From assembly GCA_963514005.1 (NCBI GenBank), contig CAUPSL010000303.1:248001-312000 (forward strand): a stretch of 64,000 bases of DNA, in the 5' to 3' direction. The position numbers and the translations under genes are program-made. This DNA comes from Raja brachyura. Its lineage: Eukaryota. The notes below the pieces were generated by a model. That model saw nothing but the letters and a program-made list of their open reading frames with translations. It was not told where the DNA came from and did no database searches. How positions within the stretch are numbered: position 1 is the first letter of the stretch; each line of letters begins with the position of its first letter. Positions 12,213 through 26,926 of the stretch are shown here, in pieces.

Positions 12213-14207
12213 GTTGGATGATCAGCCATGATCATTTTGAATGGCGGTGCAGGCTCGAAGGGCCGAATGGCCTATTCCTGCACCTAATTTCTATGTTTCT
12301 ATGTTTCTATGTTTCTATGTATGGAATTAGTGCTTCATGGTCAGTGGACTCTGGCGGCTGATGGGTCTGTTTGTGTGTCTCTGTGACTATATGTGTGGAG
12401 AATGCTTTGAAAGTAAGAGTAGGTGAAGGGGCATTCCAAATGATGGAATGCACATGTCATTGTAAATGGGGCCCTCAAAGTATTGATCTTTAAAATGCTA
12501 AATCCTTCTATCCGGGGATGCTGCCTGTTCCACTGCGTTACTCCAGCATTTTGTCTCGATCTTTGGTGTAAACCAGCATCTGCAATGCCTTCCTACACAG
12601 GCACAAGAAGGTTTCCAACAATGGATTCTCTTTGTATGGAGTTTATATGTTCTTCCTGTGACCGCTCGGGTTTCCTCTGGGTGCTCCGGTTTCCTCCCAC
12701 GTTCCAACAACGTGTGTGTTTGTAGGTTTATTGGCCTCTGTAAATTGCCCTGAGTGTGTAGGATGTGAAACAGGGAAAACATAGAACTAGTGTATGGGTG
12801 ATTGATGGTCAGTGCAGACTCAGTGGGCAGAAAGGCCTGTTTCCATGCTGCATCTGTTGAAAAAGATTGGTGAGCATGATACCCGAATTCAAACGTCACG
12901 GAAAAACCAACACATTTTAGTTTGTTCAGACAAGAACACCCAAGAATGTTTTTATTCAAAGAGAACAACAAAGTACTAAAGGTTTGCAGGTACAAAGTCC
13001 AACAGTGAGCATTGTTTAATCTAATGTTATACTTTGAACATTGTAGCAGTAGGGCATTCAGCACAGGGAGGCTGTCCCATTGAGGGGGGACGAGGACAAA
13101 GGGGGAACTGTGGGGGTGGGAGTGCCACCAAGAATGAAGGGGGAACTGGTGGGGATGTGGTCTGCTGCCATGTGTGACAACAGGCAGTGGATAGGACTGT
13201 TCGGTACTTTTGTAACTTTGTCTGTACCAACACATGGCGACACTTTTGTACTGCCTAGGTTCAGTTTGGTTTATTGTCACGTGTACCGAGGTACAGTGAA
13301 AAGCTTTTTGTTGCATGCTAACCAGTCAGTAGAAATACAATACATGATTACAATCAATGCATTTGCAGTGTAGAGACGCATGATAAGGGAATAATGTTTA
13401 GTGCAAAGTGAAGCCAGCAAAGTCCAGTCTAGGATAGACCGAGGTTGTATGGAAAACAAAGCATTTCACTATACCCAGGTACCCTGGGTACATGTCACAA
13501 TGGAGTATCATTCATTCTTTCCTTCATTCATCGATCCTATTCCTCCCACCATATTTTCCATAAAACACAGTCACTCATGGCTGTCAATGCTCCTTTGATT
13601 TGTTTTTTCCATTAACCTGTGTTGAGCTGGTTAATGGGTTTTGTGAAATGCAGCACAGTGGTGCAATGGTAGAGAGCTGCTGCCTCATCGTGCCAGAGAC
13701 CCAGGTTCAATCCTGACCTCGGGTCTGTCTGTGTGGAGTTGCACGTTTTCGCCGTGACCGCTGTGGTTCCTCTGGGTGCTCTGGTTTTATGCCACACCGC
13801 AAAGGCATGCAAGTTTGTAGGTTAATTTGCCTATGTAAATTGCCCCTGGTGTAATGAGTGGATGAGAATGTGGAATAACTAGAGTGAATGGGAGATCAAT
13901 GGTCAGCATGGACTCTGTGGGCTGAAGGGCCCTGAAGGAGACCCGGGTTCGATCCCGATGTCTGTATGGAGTTCATACGTTCTACCCTTGACCTGCGTGG
14001 GTTTTCTCTGAGATCTTTGGTTTCCTGCCACATTCCAAAGACGTGCAGGTTTGTAGGTTAATTGGCTTGGTAAATGTAAAAATTGTCCCAGGTGCGCGTT
14101 AATGTGCAGGGATCACTGGTCAGCACGGACCTGGTGGGCCAAAGGGCCTGTTTCCGCGCTGTATCTCGAAACATAGCCATGTTGAACATTGTTGAAAAGG
14201 ATAGTAA

Positions 14208-14537
14208 AAGCCTTGTCCCACTGTACGAGTACATTCGAAGAGTTCTCCCGAGTTTGCCCTGATTCGAACTCAGAGATTTACGGTAATGGCCACTCGTCGG
14301 TACTCGGGGCTCTCGTGGACATTTTTCAACATGTTGAAAAATCTTCATGAGTCTTCCCGAGCTTACCTGCCATTAGCAAGTCTTCCCGAGTACCTGCCGT
14401 TAGCGTTACGATCCGCTAAGAGACGTCCCCGAGCTCCGACATACCCACTACATTCATTCTCCGTGCTTCCCACGAGTTAGATTTTTTTTTAAACTCGGAA
14501 GAGCTCTTGAATGAACGCGCATCGTGGGACAGGGCCC
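14208..14537. mobile_element. Harbinger-type MITE
   Basis: Ends AAGCCTTGTCCCACT / CGTGGGACAGGGCCC share the TGTCCCAC TIR core with the other copies. Confidence 0.7.
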
Positions 14538-16006
14538 ATTAATTCATTAATGCTCGCAAGAATAGTAATGTTAAAATTGACTTTAGTAAAATACAGAAAA
14601 CACTTTGCAATATGCAGTAGGTCATATGTGGGAAGAAAAGCAGAGCTAATGTTTCAGGCCAGAGGCCCTTCAGTACCGGGAATGAGTAGAAAGAAGAATT
14701 GAGGAACTGAAGATGCTAGTTAACAAAAAAAGACACAGTGTTGGAATAGCTCAGTGGGACGGGCAGCATTACTGGAGAATGTGGGATGGTGATGATTCTG
14801 GTTGGGGCCATTCTTCAGACTGATTGTGAGGGTAAATAAAGCTGGAAGCGAGGAGGGGCAGGACAAAGTGTGGCAGATGATAGATGATAGATACCAACAT
14901 TATCGCCTCCTCACCTATGTTCACCTATTACCTGCCCCTCCTCTGAAGAAGGGATTCGGCCTGAAACATTACCTATTGTCTTCGCTCCATAGATGCTGCC
15001 TCATCCGCTGAGTTTCTCCAGCACTTTTGTCTAACTCCTTTCATCCAGATTCCTTCATCGCCTCCTCCCCATCCACACTGCCCATACCAACCTCCTATAA
15101 TTAGTCTGAAGAAGGATCCTTTTCCACAACAACTCATATCCATGTTCTCCAGTGATACTGCCTGACCTGTCCAGTTGTCCCAGCACTTTGTTTATTTTTC
15201 TAGGAGAAAAAAGAAGCATGTTAAGTTGCAGGAAGTGTGGGGGAGGGAGAATGTCTTTCAAAGATAAACACAGAAAGCTGGAATAACTCAGCGGGACATG
15301 CAGCATATCTGGAGAGAAGGAATGGGTGACATTTCAGGTCGAGGCTCTTTTCCAGCCTTTCGAAGCATTATCTGGTAGAATTTAATGAGATAGACATCTG
15401 TTCGTGGTCAAATGCGTTATCTGAAAGCTGAATGTAAATTGCACTGTTAAGGCTTTACAATACGTAATTGGTTAAAATGTGCAAGGAATTAACATATGGG
15501 CTTAATTGTCCTCGTGTTTTGAAGGGAAGCTCACAGCATGTCTCAATTGCATGTCAACCTAGTATCATAAAAATGACTGCTGCAGGAATTCAGGTGGTGG
15601 TGGAACACCTTTGTAAGAAGGAACTGCTGATGCAGGAACTGAAGATAGACACAAAATGCTGGAGAAACTCAGTGGGTCAAGCAGCATTTCTGACAAAAAG
15701 AAATAGGTGACGTTACAGGTTGAGACCCTTCCTCACATCTTCAACAGTCAAGAGTGTTTTATTGTCACATGTCCCAGATAGGACAATGAGATTCTTCCTT
15801 GCTGCACATCAGAATGGAATGAAATTTGGAGGGAATTAAATTGTTCACAATGATTTTTAACTGGTACAGTAAGTCACTTCTATTATTCATAAACCATTTG
15901 CTGGGGTATGTAGTAATATTTTAAATGACATAAGACCAAGTCTGCATGAGAAGTCATCTTGTGATACAGTTTAGGATTTGGCAGGAAATGCTAAAAATAT
16001 GGTTCG

Positions 16007-16310
16007 ACACGGTGGTGCAGCGGCAGAGCTGCTGCCTCACAGCACAAGGACATGGGTTCAATCCTGACTACGGTTTCTGTCGGTTCATACGGTTTGTACG
16101 AACTTCCCATCCCATGACCGGCGCGGGTTTCCTCCGGGTGCTCCGGTTTCCTCCCACACGCCAATGACATACCAATTACGTTAGTAAAATTCTAAATTGT
16201 CCCAAGTGTGTGCATAGAATAGTGATAGTGTGCGGGGATCGCTGGTCGGCATGGAATCGGTGGGCTGAAGGACCTGTTTCTGCACTGTATCTCTAAATCA
16301 AACTAAATTC
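16007..16310 (+). mobile_element. tRNA-derived HE1/V-SINE-like element (representative of many copies)
   Basis: A/B-box-like head (GGTGGTGCAGCGG...GGTTCAATCC), central CTCCGGTTTCCTCCCACA core, CR1-like tail ending (CTAAA)n. Other copies: ~13650 +, 17370-17690 -, 21950-22260 -, 23700-23985 +, 30930-31225 +, 33240-33510 +, 40195-40480 -. Confidence 0.85.
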
Positions 16311-18870
16311 CCAGAAAGCATGGAAAATGTTAAGCTTAAGGAGAGGAAATCTGAATTCACGTTCTGGACCGTCATCATTTAATTTGGCAACTAAAATGTC
16401 GCAACTCTATTTACCTCCACAGATGCTGTTGGACCATTTCCAACATGTTATATTTCTGTGTCAAGTTTATAGCACCACGACATTATTTTACATTATTTTC
16501 TACTGAAAACGGAAAGGTTATTTGGTAGTTTTTGTAATGTAATCAGTCTTTTGCTGATTAATATTGAGAGTCGAGTCCAGCAATACAATCCTCAGGACTC
16601 GAGCAATTGTTCTCTTGACCTGTTGTGGATTTATCAGAGAGAACAGTAAGGATGTGTATGAGTGCAGTTATGCCTGCTGAAGTATGTACATTTTTGAGAA
16701 GGGAGGAAAAATGGGAGATAAAGATTAATCACCAGTTCAGTAGACATTTAACAAGGTTACACTTAAAGCGTTTGTAAACATTTGTGAGGTAGGATCAGGT
16801 TATTTTACTGGAAGGTAATTTTCCCCGAGTAAATGTGGGTGATGGGAAAATTGAGAGGCGAGGGAAGTTAATGGGAATGTGAGATTTACATGGAAACAAA
16901 GAAACATGGAAAATACTGTAGGTGCAGGAAGAGGCCATTCGGCCCTTCGAACCAGCCTGTTTCTGCTCTGTATCTGTAAACTAAACTATTAACGTCTGTA
17001 TCGATGCAATATGATCATGGCTGATCATCCAAAATCAGTATCTCGTTCCTGCTTTTCCCACCATATCATTTGATTCCAATAGCTAAGAGCTAAATCTAAC
17101 TCTTAGTCTTGTCTTGAAAACATCCAGTGAAGTAGTCTCCACTGCCTTCGGTGGCAGAGAATACCACAGATTCACAACTATCTGGTTGAAAAGTTCTTCC
17201 TCATCTCAGTTCTAAATTGCCTACCCCTTAGTTTTAAACTGACCCCTGGTTCTGGACTCCCGCAACATTTGGAACAGTTTTGTGTGGGATTAGTGCTTGA
17301 CCGCTCGCACAGACACAAGTTTCCGTGTTCGATGACTTTATTTTCATCAGTATTTTGATACAGACGTTAATAGTTTAGTTTAGAGATACAGAACAGAAAC
17401 AGGCCCTTCGGCCGACCGAGTCCGCACCGGCCAGCGATTACCGCACTATCGCCACTTTACACACACATACACGCACACACTAGGGACAATCTGATATTTA
17501 CACCAAGCCCATTAATCTACAAACCTGTACGTCTTTGGAGTGTGGGAGGAAATCAAAGGTCTTGGAGGAAACCCATGCGGGTCACTGGGAGAATGTACAA
17601 ACTCCATACAGACAGCACCTGTAGTCAGGATCGAACCCGGGTCACTGGCGCTGTCAGGCAGTAACTCTACCTCTACTACACCGTGCCGCCCATAATAATG
17701 CTGCCCACTGGAACAGTTTCCATGTTTTTCAATCATCAATATTCTCACTAGAATGGGCCATAACAAAGTACACCCTGTGGAAAACGTTCAGTAACTTGGG
17801 GAAAAAAGATTAAAAATAATTGTTAAATTACATTGTAAAGGACAATGTCAACAGAAAACAAATGTGATCCATGAACTAGTTGATCGTTGCCTTACCTCAG
17901 CCACCATCCACTGAATGCTGCCACTGAGTGGTATATTTGTGGGATACTTTGTAGGATTACGTGGAATAAAAACATACATCAATCATAATTGATTTAAACG
18001 GTACACAGGATGCCAGGTTTTATTTACACTGTATTTGTAAACACAGAACAATGATGCACAAGGCAGGATGTACAGGAAGGAACTGCTGAAGCTGGTTAAA
18101 ACAGAACATAGACACAAAAAGCTGGAGCAACTCAGCGGGACAGGCAGCATCTCTATTTCTGGGTGATGTTTCTGGTCGAGACCCTTTTTCAGACCCTATT
18201 TACATTAATTCCACGTCACCATGTGGTCTATACCCCTCTATTTCCTGCCTGTTCATGTGTGTGAATGCTTATCCACATATATTGTGCTGTAGCATCTGCA
18301 TCCACCTCTCCTGAGAGTGTGTTCCAGGCATCTACCACTTTCTGTGTCCCAAAGCAGCCTCTTTTGCATCGGCATAGACTGGACGACCATTTAAAAAGCA
18401 CTTGCATTCTGTCTGTCAATGCCCGCTGGATCTCCCAGCTCCTAACCTTTCAACTCCCCTTCCCAGTACCAGACCAACCATCCTGTCTTTAGCTTCTGCC
18501 ATTGCCAGAGTGAGGACACATGAAATCTGGAGGAACAGCACTCCATGTTCTACTTGGATAGCTTACAGTCCAATGATATCAACATTGTTAAAGAAGGAAC
18601 TGCAGATGCTGGAGAATCGTGGGTTTTACACAAAAAGCTGGAGAAACTCAGCGGGTGCAGCAGCATCTAAGGAGCGAAGGAGATAGGCGACGTTTCGGGT
18701 CGAGACCCTTCTTCACATTGAATTGTTCAATTTGAGGCAATACCCACCCCTTCCTCTAATCCGACAACCACCCTTCCCCCCCCCCCCCAACACCCGCTCT
18801 TTCCTGTCCACCCTGGTGTGCACCTATTCACCTATTTCTCCCACTCTCCCAATCAAAGATCCTATGGCAA

Positions 18871-19123
18871 GCAAGATGGATCACTCGACAAACAGAAGCC
18901 AGTTACGGAAACATCCTCGTAAAAATAAAAGTAATTTGGTAAAAATCTTCTCCTCGTTTTCAGAATTTTAATTTATTAACACAAACTGTTCCCCCGCAAC
19001 GTTGATTACACTGCGAGTCGGGTCGGGTCGGTTTACGGAAATGGATGAAAAAAAGGCCCTTATTCCGTTCCGTTGCGTACTCCATGTCAGCCCATTGCAT
19101 TTGGCAGGAGTGATCTATCTTGC
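18871..19123. mobile_element. unclassified MITE
   Basis: 16-bp inverted repeats GCAAGATGGATCACTC / GAGTGATCTATCTTGC with 1 mismatch. Confidence 0.6.
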
Positions 19124-19433
19124 CCCCCCGCTTTAGGATCTTTCCTCCCAATCACTCAGTTCCTTTCCCCTTTGTTTATGCATCTCCCCTCCTCAATTCT
19201 CTCATTGCACTTTTATCCCCTATCTTTCTCCTCCCCCCCCCCCCCCCCACCCCCTTGTCTCCTTCCACCTTTGGCCCTTCATCTGGCTTTAGATTTCACT
19301 CCTCTTATCTCCTTACCTGACACCCTTTGTCTCTTGTGTAAGAAGGAACTGCAGATGCTGGTTTAAACCGAAGATAGAAACAAAAAGCTGGAGTAACTCA
19401 GCGGGACAGGCAGTATCTCTGGAGAGAAGGAAT

Positions 19434-19469
19434 GGGTGATGTTTCTGGTCGAGACCCATCTTCAGACCC
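19434..19469 (-). ncRNA. minimal type I hammerhead ribozyme-like motif (representative, imperfect copy) in a PLE-derived repeat
   Basis: Minus strand reads GGGT-CTGAAGA-T-GGGTCTCGACCA-GAAA-C-ATC-ACCC: stem I GGGT/ACCC, CUGANGA and GAAA core boxes, stem II hairpin with one mismatch, and an NUH triplet. Confidence 0.6.
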
Positions 19470-22400
19470 TTTGTCACCTTTTCACCTCTAGCCGTTGCCA
19501 CTTACTCCACCCATCTACTTATCAAATCTGTTCTCAAGTCGCACCAGCTTCTCGTTTTCACCCAACAAATAGCTTTTGTTTGGCCTGTTTCCCTTATCAT
19601 CATTACTTTTTTGCATATCTTTCATTCACTGTTCTTTACCTCTCTACACCATTGTCTATATCTCTTGTTTCCCTTATCCCCAACTAGTCTGATGAAGAAT
19701 CTTGACCTAAAATGTCACCCATTCCTTCTCTCCAGGGATGCTGCTTGGCCCGCTGAGTTGCTCCAGCATTTTATGTCTTATCACCTGTATCACTTGTCAG
19801 GCTTTGTCCCAGCCCCACCTCTCTTTTTCAGCTTTCTATTACAGTCAGTCTGAAGAAGTGTCTGACCCAAAACATCATCTGTCCATTCTAGACTGCAGGA
19901 GTACGTGCTGAGGGGGAAAACATTGCTCCAGATATTACCTGACCTGCTGCATCCCTGCAGCCCTTTGTGTTTTGCAGTGCATAGTATATATGATGTGGAT
20001 GTGAATATAGGTGGTTTGATTACTAGGTTTGCAGATGACATGTACATTGATGGATTCATAAACATTGAATAAGGTTGTCTATGGATACAGTGGGATACAG
20101 ATTATCTCGAGAGCTGGATGGAGCAATAGTAGAAGAAATGTAATCTGGACATGTGTGAAGTTGTGTGCATCCTCATGTCATGTTCTGGTAGGACATAAAA
20201 GGTCAGAACCTGAGGGGTGTTAATGTACAGAGTCTCTTTGGATTGCAAGTTCATAAGTTACGTAAAAATGCCGACAAGGGTAGACAGGAAAGCAAAGAAT
20301 GCACTTTGGCATGTTTGTCCGCTTAGACATAGAAGCATAGAAAATTGGTGCAGGAGTCGGCCATTCGGCCCTTCAAGCCAGCACCACCATTCAATATGGT
20401 CATGGCTGATCAACCAAAATCAGTACCCCGTTCCTGCTTTCTCCCCATATCCCTTGATTCCGTTAACCCTAAGAGCTAACTCTCTCTTGAATACATTCAG
20501 TGAATTGGTCTCCGCTGTCTTCTGTGGCACAGAATTCCACAGATTCACAACACTCTGGGTGAAAATGTTTTTCCCCATCTCAATCCTAAATGGTCTTCCC
20601 CTTATTTTCCTGCATCTAGCCTGTCAAATCCCTTTATCGTTTTCGGCGTTTCCGTAAGATCCCCTCTCATCCTTCTGAATTCCAGTGAATATAAGCCCAG
20701 TTGATTCATTATTTTATCATATGTTAGTCCTGCCGTCCTGGTGAACTTTGTTGCATTCCCTCAATAGCAAGAATGTACTTCTTCAAACTAGGAGACAAAG
20801 ACTGCACACAGTATTCCAGGTGGAGTCTCATCAGGGCCATGTATAACTGAATAGACTCAGTCATCAAGTATATGAGTTGAGAAATCAAACAAAACATTGG
20901 TTAGGCTGCACATGGAGTATTGTTGAGAGTTGTGGTCGTTCCAGTACTAACGTTACTGTGCGGGGATCACTGGTCGGCTGTGGGCTGAAGGGCCTGTTTC
21001 TGCAATGTATCTCTAAACTAAAAAGGATGTGATGAATAGTGCAGAAGGGTTTTGCCAGGTTGTTGCCTGGAATAAAGGTGTGTGGTTATGTGAAGAGATT
21101 GGATAGGCTGCATTTATTCTCACTGGAATGCAGGAGTGAGATAATGAGGGCTATAGGTAGTGTCGGAAGGATATGCAGATACTGGTTTAAACCAAAGAAA
21201 GACACAAAAAGCTGGAGTAACTCAGTGGGACAGGCAGCATCACTGGAGAGAAGGAATTAGTGACATTTCGGCTCAAGACCCTTTTTATTCAGGTTTTGAC
21301 CCTTCTTCAGGAAGGTTCAACAGATGCTGGTTTACACAGAAGACAGACATAAAATGCTGGCGTAACGCAGTAGGACAGGCAGCATCACTGGAGAGAAGGA
21401 ATGAGTGACATTTCTAAACATTATCCATTCCTTCTCTCCAGAAGTACTGCCTACCCTGCTGAGTTACTCCAGCATTTTGGGACAATATTTGGGGTATAGA
21501 TAGTATAGAGGGTAACTGCCTCTTTCCCAGGGCAGTGGAGACTAGAACTGGAGTTTTAACGTGATGGGAGAGAAATGTCAAGGGGATCTGAGCAGATGTT
21601 TCTCACTGTAGTAGTTATCTGGAATGAGCTGCAGGGGAGATGGTAGAGGCAGATATAACCACAATGTCTATACAACATTTGGGCTTTTGGTAGGAAAGTC
21701 AGGGAGGGATAAGGGCATAATTCATGTAATTGTAGATAAGCATCTCGGTCAGCATAGACAAGATTGGGCAAAAGGGCCTGTTTATATGCTGCATGATTCA
21801 GTTTTTTTAAGATTATTTCTGTGGTTTTCATGTTGCTAACTCTATTAGCCAGAATAACCACTGAAAATGACTATCAAGCAGGCTTCACCGGAGAGAACAC
21901 TGCCTGAACCAAAGGAAGTGAGATATGTAAAATAGGTTCTTTCGTTTTTTTAGTTTAGCTATACAGCATGGAAGCAGGCCTTTCGGCCCACCAAGTCTGC
22001 ACCGGCCAGCGACTAACCCGCACACTAACACTATCCTATGGACACGAGGGCCAATTTAACACGTGCATCAAGCCAGTTAACCTACATTCCTGCACGTCTT
22101 TGGAGTGCGGGAGGAAATCGAAGATCTCGACAAAAATCCACGCAGGTCACTGGGAGAACGTACTATCTCCGTAGAGACATCATCCATAGTCAGGATTGAA
22201 ACCGGGTCTCTGGCACTGCAAACACTAGGCAGCAACTCTACCGCTGTGCCTCTGTGCCGCCCTTATTGGTAACTTTGTGTGATCTTATTTTGTTTGGATG
22301 CAAATTCTATCGGAACGCTTTCTCAAAAAGATACATAATGATGTAGAAACAACGAACTGCAGATGCTGGTTTGTACCAAAGTGTGTCACAAAATGCTGGA

Positions 22401-24336
22401 GTAACTCAACGGGTCAGACAGCATCTCTGTAGAAAAAGGATGGGTGATGCTGGGTGAAGCTTCAGGTTGGGACCCTTCTTCAGACTGATGCGTTGGGTTT
22501 GGGAACCTTCTTCAGACTAAACCTGCATGAGACTGAAGTAGGGTCCTGACACGAAGTGCCATCCAGCCTTTTTCTCCAGAGATGCTGTGGTCTTGCTGAG
22601 TTACTTTAGCACTTAGTGTCTAAGGTTGATAATGAGTTGTTCAATCTTGATTTATTTGTGATGTTAATTTCTGCATGTTCACAGGGCAGACTGTGAGAGT
22701 TAACAGTTGAAAAACTAGTCGAACAGGAAATGTGTGGTATTTGAGGAAGTGTGAATGTGGGGCCTCTCCAGTGAGATAATAGTGGAACTCCCTGACAAAA
22801 GGGGATGTGGTGAACTATCAGAAAGTCACCAGGTGGTTCTATCAAAACAGAAGTTAAATGTTACATTAATATTTTTAGAGTCTGCTCTTGATGTACTGGC
22901 ATGATGCAAACCGATTTGGCCAGCCTACTGTATATTGCAGCTCAAGATGATATAGAGATATAGCATGGGAGCAGGCTCTTCAGTCCACCAAGTCCATGCT
23001 GAACAGCGATCCCCGTACAGTAGAAATATCTAATAGACTTGCAACAATTTATAATCTTTACCAAAGCCTATTAAACTACAAACCCGTCTTTGGAGTGTGG
23101 GAGGAAACTTAAGCACCCAGGGAAAACCCACAGGTAGAATGTAAAAACTCCATACAGACAGCACCCATGGTCAGGATTGAACCTGGCCATCTCTCGTGCT
23201 GTAAGGCAGTAACTCTACCGTTGTTCCACCGTCACCCTTTTGTTTGGAATCGTGACAGAAGTCTCGTCGTGGCGATCCCCGGAACCGACGGCACGATGTA
23301 CTCTGTGACGTGTCGGGCGACCAATTCTGTCAACATGTTGGATGACGACAGGAGCCAACAGCGAGCTACATGTCGTCTGACACACAAGTGAATGAACCCT
23401 TGTTAGACTAATCAAATGCAGGTTACGACATAAATATGATGTGATGCAACTAATTGAGAGTGCAGCATAGAGAGTGCAGCACAGAAACAAGCCCTTTGAC
23501 CCACTAAGTCCATGCTAACCTTTTTGGGACCTGATCTCTTTTTATCTTCCTGATATTTCCAATACCCACCCCTAGATATTACTATTTAATGACACACGGT
23601 GTAATAAATGGTGGCCTGGGAACCAAATAACTGCCGTGACTCACCTTTGTGGGTGGAATATCTGAATATCATATCATTTCCAAATGTTGATCAGTAAGGG
23701 CGGCACAGTGGGGCTGTGATAGAGTTGCTGCCTTAAAGTGCCAGAGCCCCAGGTCCGATCCTGACTATGGGTACTGTCTGTAGGGAGTTTGTACGTTCTC
23801 CCCATGACCAGTGTGGGTTTTCTCGAAGATCTTTAGTTTCCTCCCGCACTCCAAAGACGTACAGGTTTGTAGGTTAATTGGCTTGATATAAACGTAAATT
23901 GTCCTTCGTGTGTAGGATAGTGTTAATGTGCGGACTCGTGCTGAAGGGCCTGTTTCCACACTGTATGTCTAAGCTAAACTAAAATAATCTAAGTTAGCTT
24001 GACATTTGGAATCATATAAGCATGGAAACAGGCCCTTCAGCCCACCTTATCTATGCCGGCCAAGATGCCCCATCTAACCTTGACCCACCCACCTATATTT
24101 CAGCTTAATTTAATTGATTATTAATGTCACGTGAAAATGTTTCGTGTGTGCTATCCAGTCAGTGAAAAGACTACATTACTATGAAGCCGTTCACAATATA
24201 TAGATACAGGATAAAGGGTATCATGTTTAGTGCAAATTAAGTCCAATTGGTGTTTTGCCGGTTTCCCTCCAAACCTTTCCTATCCATAGAAATGTCTATT
24301 GCTTGGCAATAATTGTATTATTTTATTTGTGTCTAG

Positions 24337-24597
24337 GGCCTCACACACTGATCTATTACTACACCCTGAACCACGGGAATACTAATCTACCAGAATATAG
24401 TGTGGTGGGTGTTCCGGACGGTTGTGAGATACAGTATCATGACAAAAACATGGCCATTACAGTTCCAAGACAGAAATGGATGGCGGCTGCATTTGACAGG
24501 AGTTACTGGGTAAGAAATACGGTTTTCACAACTGGTTTCCATGGAATCATCAAAGGGGAAGTCGCCGAATGGATGCGGAGGCATAGCAAAACAACAG
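24337..24597 (+). CDS. MHC class I-like alpha1 exon (261 bp)
   Basis: Acceptor ttttatttgtgtctag, donor GTTAGT. Encodes GPHTLIYYYTLNHGNTNLPEYSVVGVPDGCEIQYHD...PRQKWM...SYWVRNT...WMRRHSKTT, matching alpha1 motifs (HxLxY, LPEY, VG..DG, PRxxWM, YW). Confidence 0.92.
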
Positions 24598-25898
24598 GTT
24601 AGTTCATTCATTTGAATAAAGTTGGATTGTGATCAATGTAAATGAAAAAATCTCTCAGAAATACCGCGCTGTGCCAGAGATCCAGGTTAGATCCTGACCT
24701 CAAGCCAGTTGGCACGTTCACCCTGTGACCACACATATTTCCTCCGGGTGCTCCATTTTTGTCCTATATCGTGCAAACGTGCAGGTTTGTAGTTAATTGG
24801 GCACTGTAAATTGCTCTTGTTGTGCAGAGATTGGGTGAGAGTGTGGATAACATACTGTAGATGTGTAGGAATGAACTGCAGATGCTGGTTTACAGCATAG
24901 ACACAAAATGCTGGAGTAACTCGGCGGGACAGGCAGCATCTCTGGATAGAAGACTCTGCATACCTTGGGTATTCATTATGAACACATATTCATCTATTCA
25001 TGATTCATGATTAATTACTTTTTAAGACATTGCTTTTTGTTACCTCTTTGGTTACACATTAAACAAATTATATTTAAACTATAACTCTGGACAGGATAAG
25101 GTGTGTACAATACATCAAAATATTATGCACTGGGCATAATTTCTATCAATTTTCCATACCTTGCAATATTTATTATTATTTTCAAATTGCATGTGAATTA
25201 ATGTGAATAAGACATTTATTGGATTATCGTCAGATTGATTGAACCATGTTTATCGAATCATATTGCCTTAAAAAATATGATGTTTTATTTGCATTAATCA
25301 CGGTGCGCATATTATCTGCAACATTGTTATGTTTATGAGATTTATGAGCATATTGCCGGGGCTCAAGGGTGTGAACAAGAGTGAGAGATTGGGCAAGCCA
25401 GGGCTTTATTCCATGGAGCACAGTAGGCTAAGGGGTGATCATATAGGGGTGCTTAAAATCATGAGGGGAATTGATAGAGTGTATGCGCGGAGCCTTTTAC
25501 CCAGAGAAGGGGAATAAAATACCAGAGGACATGGGTTTAATGTGAGAGAGCGAAGATTTGATTGGAACCTGGGGGGCAATCTTTGTGCTCAGATAGTGGT
25601 AAGTATATGGAATGAGCTGCCAGAGAATGGAGTTGAGGCAGGTACAATGACAATATTTAAAAGACACTTGGACAGGGCATGGGAAAGGTTTCGAGTGATA
25701 TAGTATCTACTCTTTGCAGGGTAAATAGGACTAGCTTAGATGGGGTATCTAGATTAGCATGAACAAGTTGAGCCAAAGGGCTTGTTTCCATGCTGTGTGA
25801 CTCTCTCTATGACTGCTTTTGTAGCAAAGAGCCCTGCTGCCTCACAGCTCCAGTGATCCGGGTTCAATCATCTCCAGTGCAGCCTGTGTGGAGTATAA

Positions 25899-26593
25899 AG
25901 GGCCTGTCCCACTTGCGTGTCCTTGGCAAGCAAATTAATCGACCTCGTCGTTGCGTTGAGGCGCACGGGCATCCAGTGGCCGCGCGGGGCCGGTCCCACT
26001 GAGAGGCGCGGAGGGGTATGTAGTTGTGCGCGGCATCGTGCGGCGCTCCGAAACTTTGTAGCGAACTAAATCTTCGCGCGCCACCGGCCTGTTGCGTAAC
26101 TGACGGCCAAAGTGGGACAGGCCCAAGACTCTGGCGCGATGCAACGTCTCACCTCCAGCAGCAGCAGAAGCAGGCAAACGATCGCCGAGCTCGGCCTGGG
26201 GATCACGGCCGTTGCGGTCCGGATCCGCCCACACTTCTACTCCCAGAGCGGGGCCAAGAAAATTGAAGATAGACACAAAATGCTGGAGTAACTCGGCGGG
26301 ACAGGCAGCATCTCTGGAGAGAAGGAATGGATGACGTTTCGGGTCAAGACCCTTCTTTCAGACTGAAGAAGAGTCTCGACTTGAAACATCACCCATTGCT
26401 TCTCTCCAGAGATGCTGCTGGTCCCGCTGAGTTACTCCAGCATTTGGTGTCCATCTTCAAATGACGTCACGCGCTCCAGACGGCTGTGCAGGCGTATGAA
26501 GTCGCACGCGACCTTGACTGGACCGTCGCGCTTCAACGCGACCACGAGGTCGCTTAATTAGCGTGTCAAGGACAAGTAAGTGGGACAGGGGTT
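25899..26593. mobile_element. non-autonomous PIF/Harbinger-type DNA transposon
   Basis: ~70-bp imperfect TIRs starting AGGGCCTGTCCCACTT / AACCCCTGTCCCACTT, with TAA on both flanks. It interrupts a SINE and contains a nested PLE palindrome (~26265-26460). Confidence 0.8.
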
Positions 26594-26926
26594 TAAGCAT
26601 TCTCCCTGTGACAATGTTTGTTCTCCTGTTTCCTCCCACATACCAAAAATGTGCTGATTTAGTAGATTAATCCACCCGTGCAAATTTCTCTTCGTAAAGG
26701 TGCATTTGTGGCATTGATAGAAGTGAGGAAGATCCGTGTTGTTCTCAGGGATAAAGTGGGCTCAGGAGGCTGTTCTTTATCTCTGGGCTAAAGTTCACAG
26801 ACTCTTCTTTTCAAGGAGTGAGCAGTTTTTAAGCAAACTCACCAGCAAATCCTTACAAATTTCTACACCCCCTCCTCCAACCTCCTTTGATTCATCAATC
26901 AATGCCAGAGGGAATGATTCACCTAA

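Larger units (their letters stand above)
7189..12320 (+). mobile_element. near full-length CR1-clade LINE
   Basis: Tandem-repeat 5' end, ORF1 (zinc finger/leucine zipper + SGNH esterase), ORF2 (APE endonuclease + RT), and a 3' (TTCTATGT)n octamer tail at ~12289-12320. Confidence 0.96.

Noticed and set aside
9269-12235. Antisense ORFs over the CR1 (and likewise over the Gypsy pol)
   Set aside because: Shadow ORFs of the coding strand.
12498-13316. 272-aa minus-strand ORF
   Set aside because: Runs through SINE and PLE repeat fragments with no recognisable domain; a chance ORF.
16007-16080. tRNA-like A/B boxes
   Set aside because: These are SINE heads continuing into the SINE core and tail; no full cloverleaf.
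21830-21930. Alternative leader exon (MLLTLLARITT...) nearer to alpha1
   Set aside because: Short hydrophobic core, in-frame stop before any good phase-1 donor, and adjacent to a repeat tail; the 594-645 exon fits much better.
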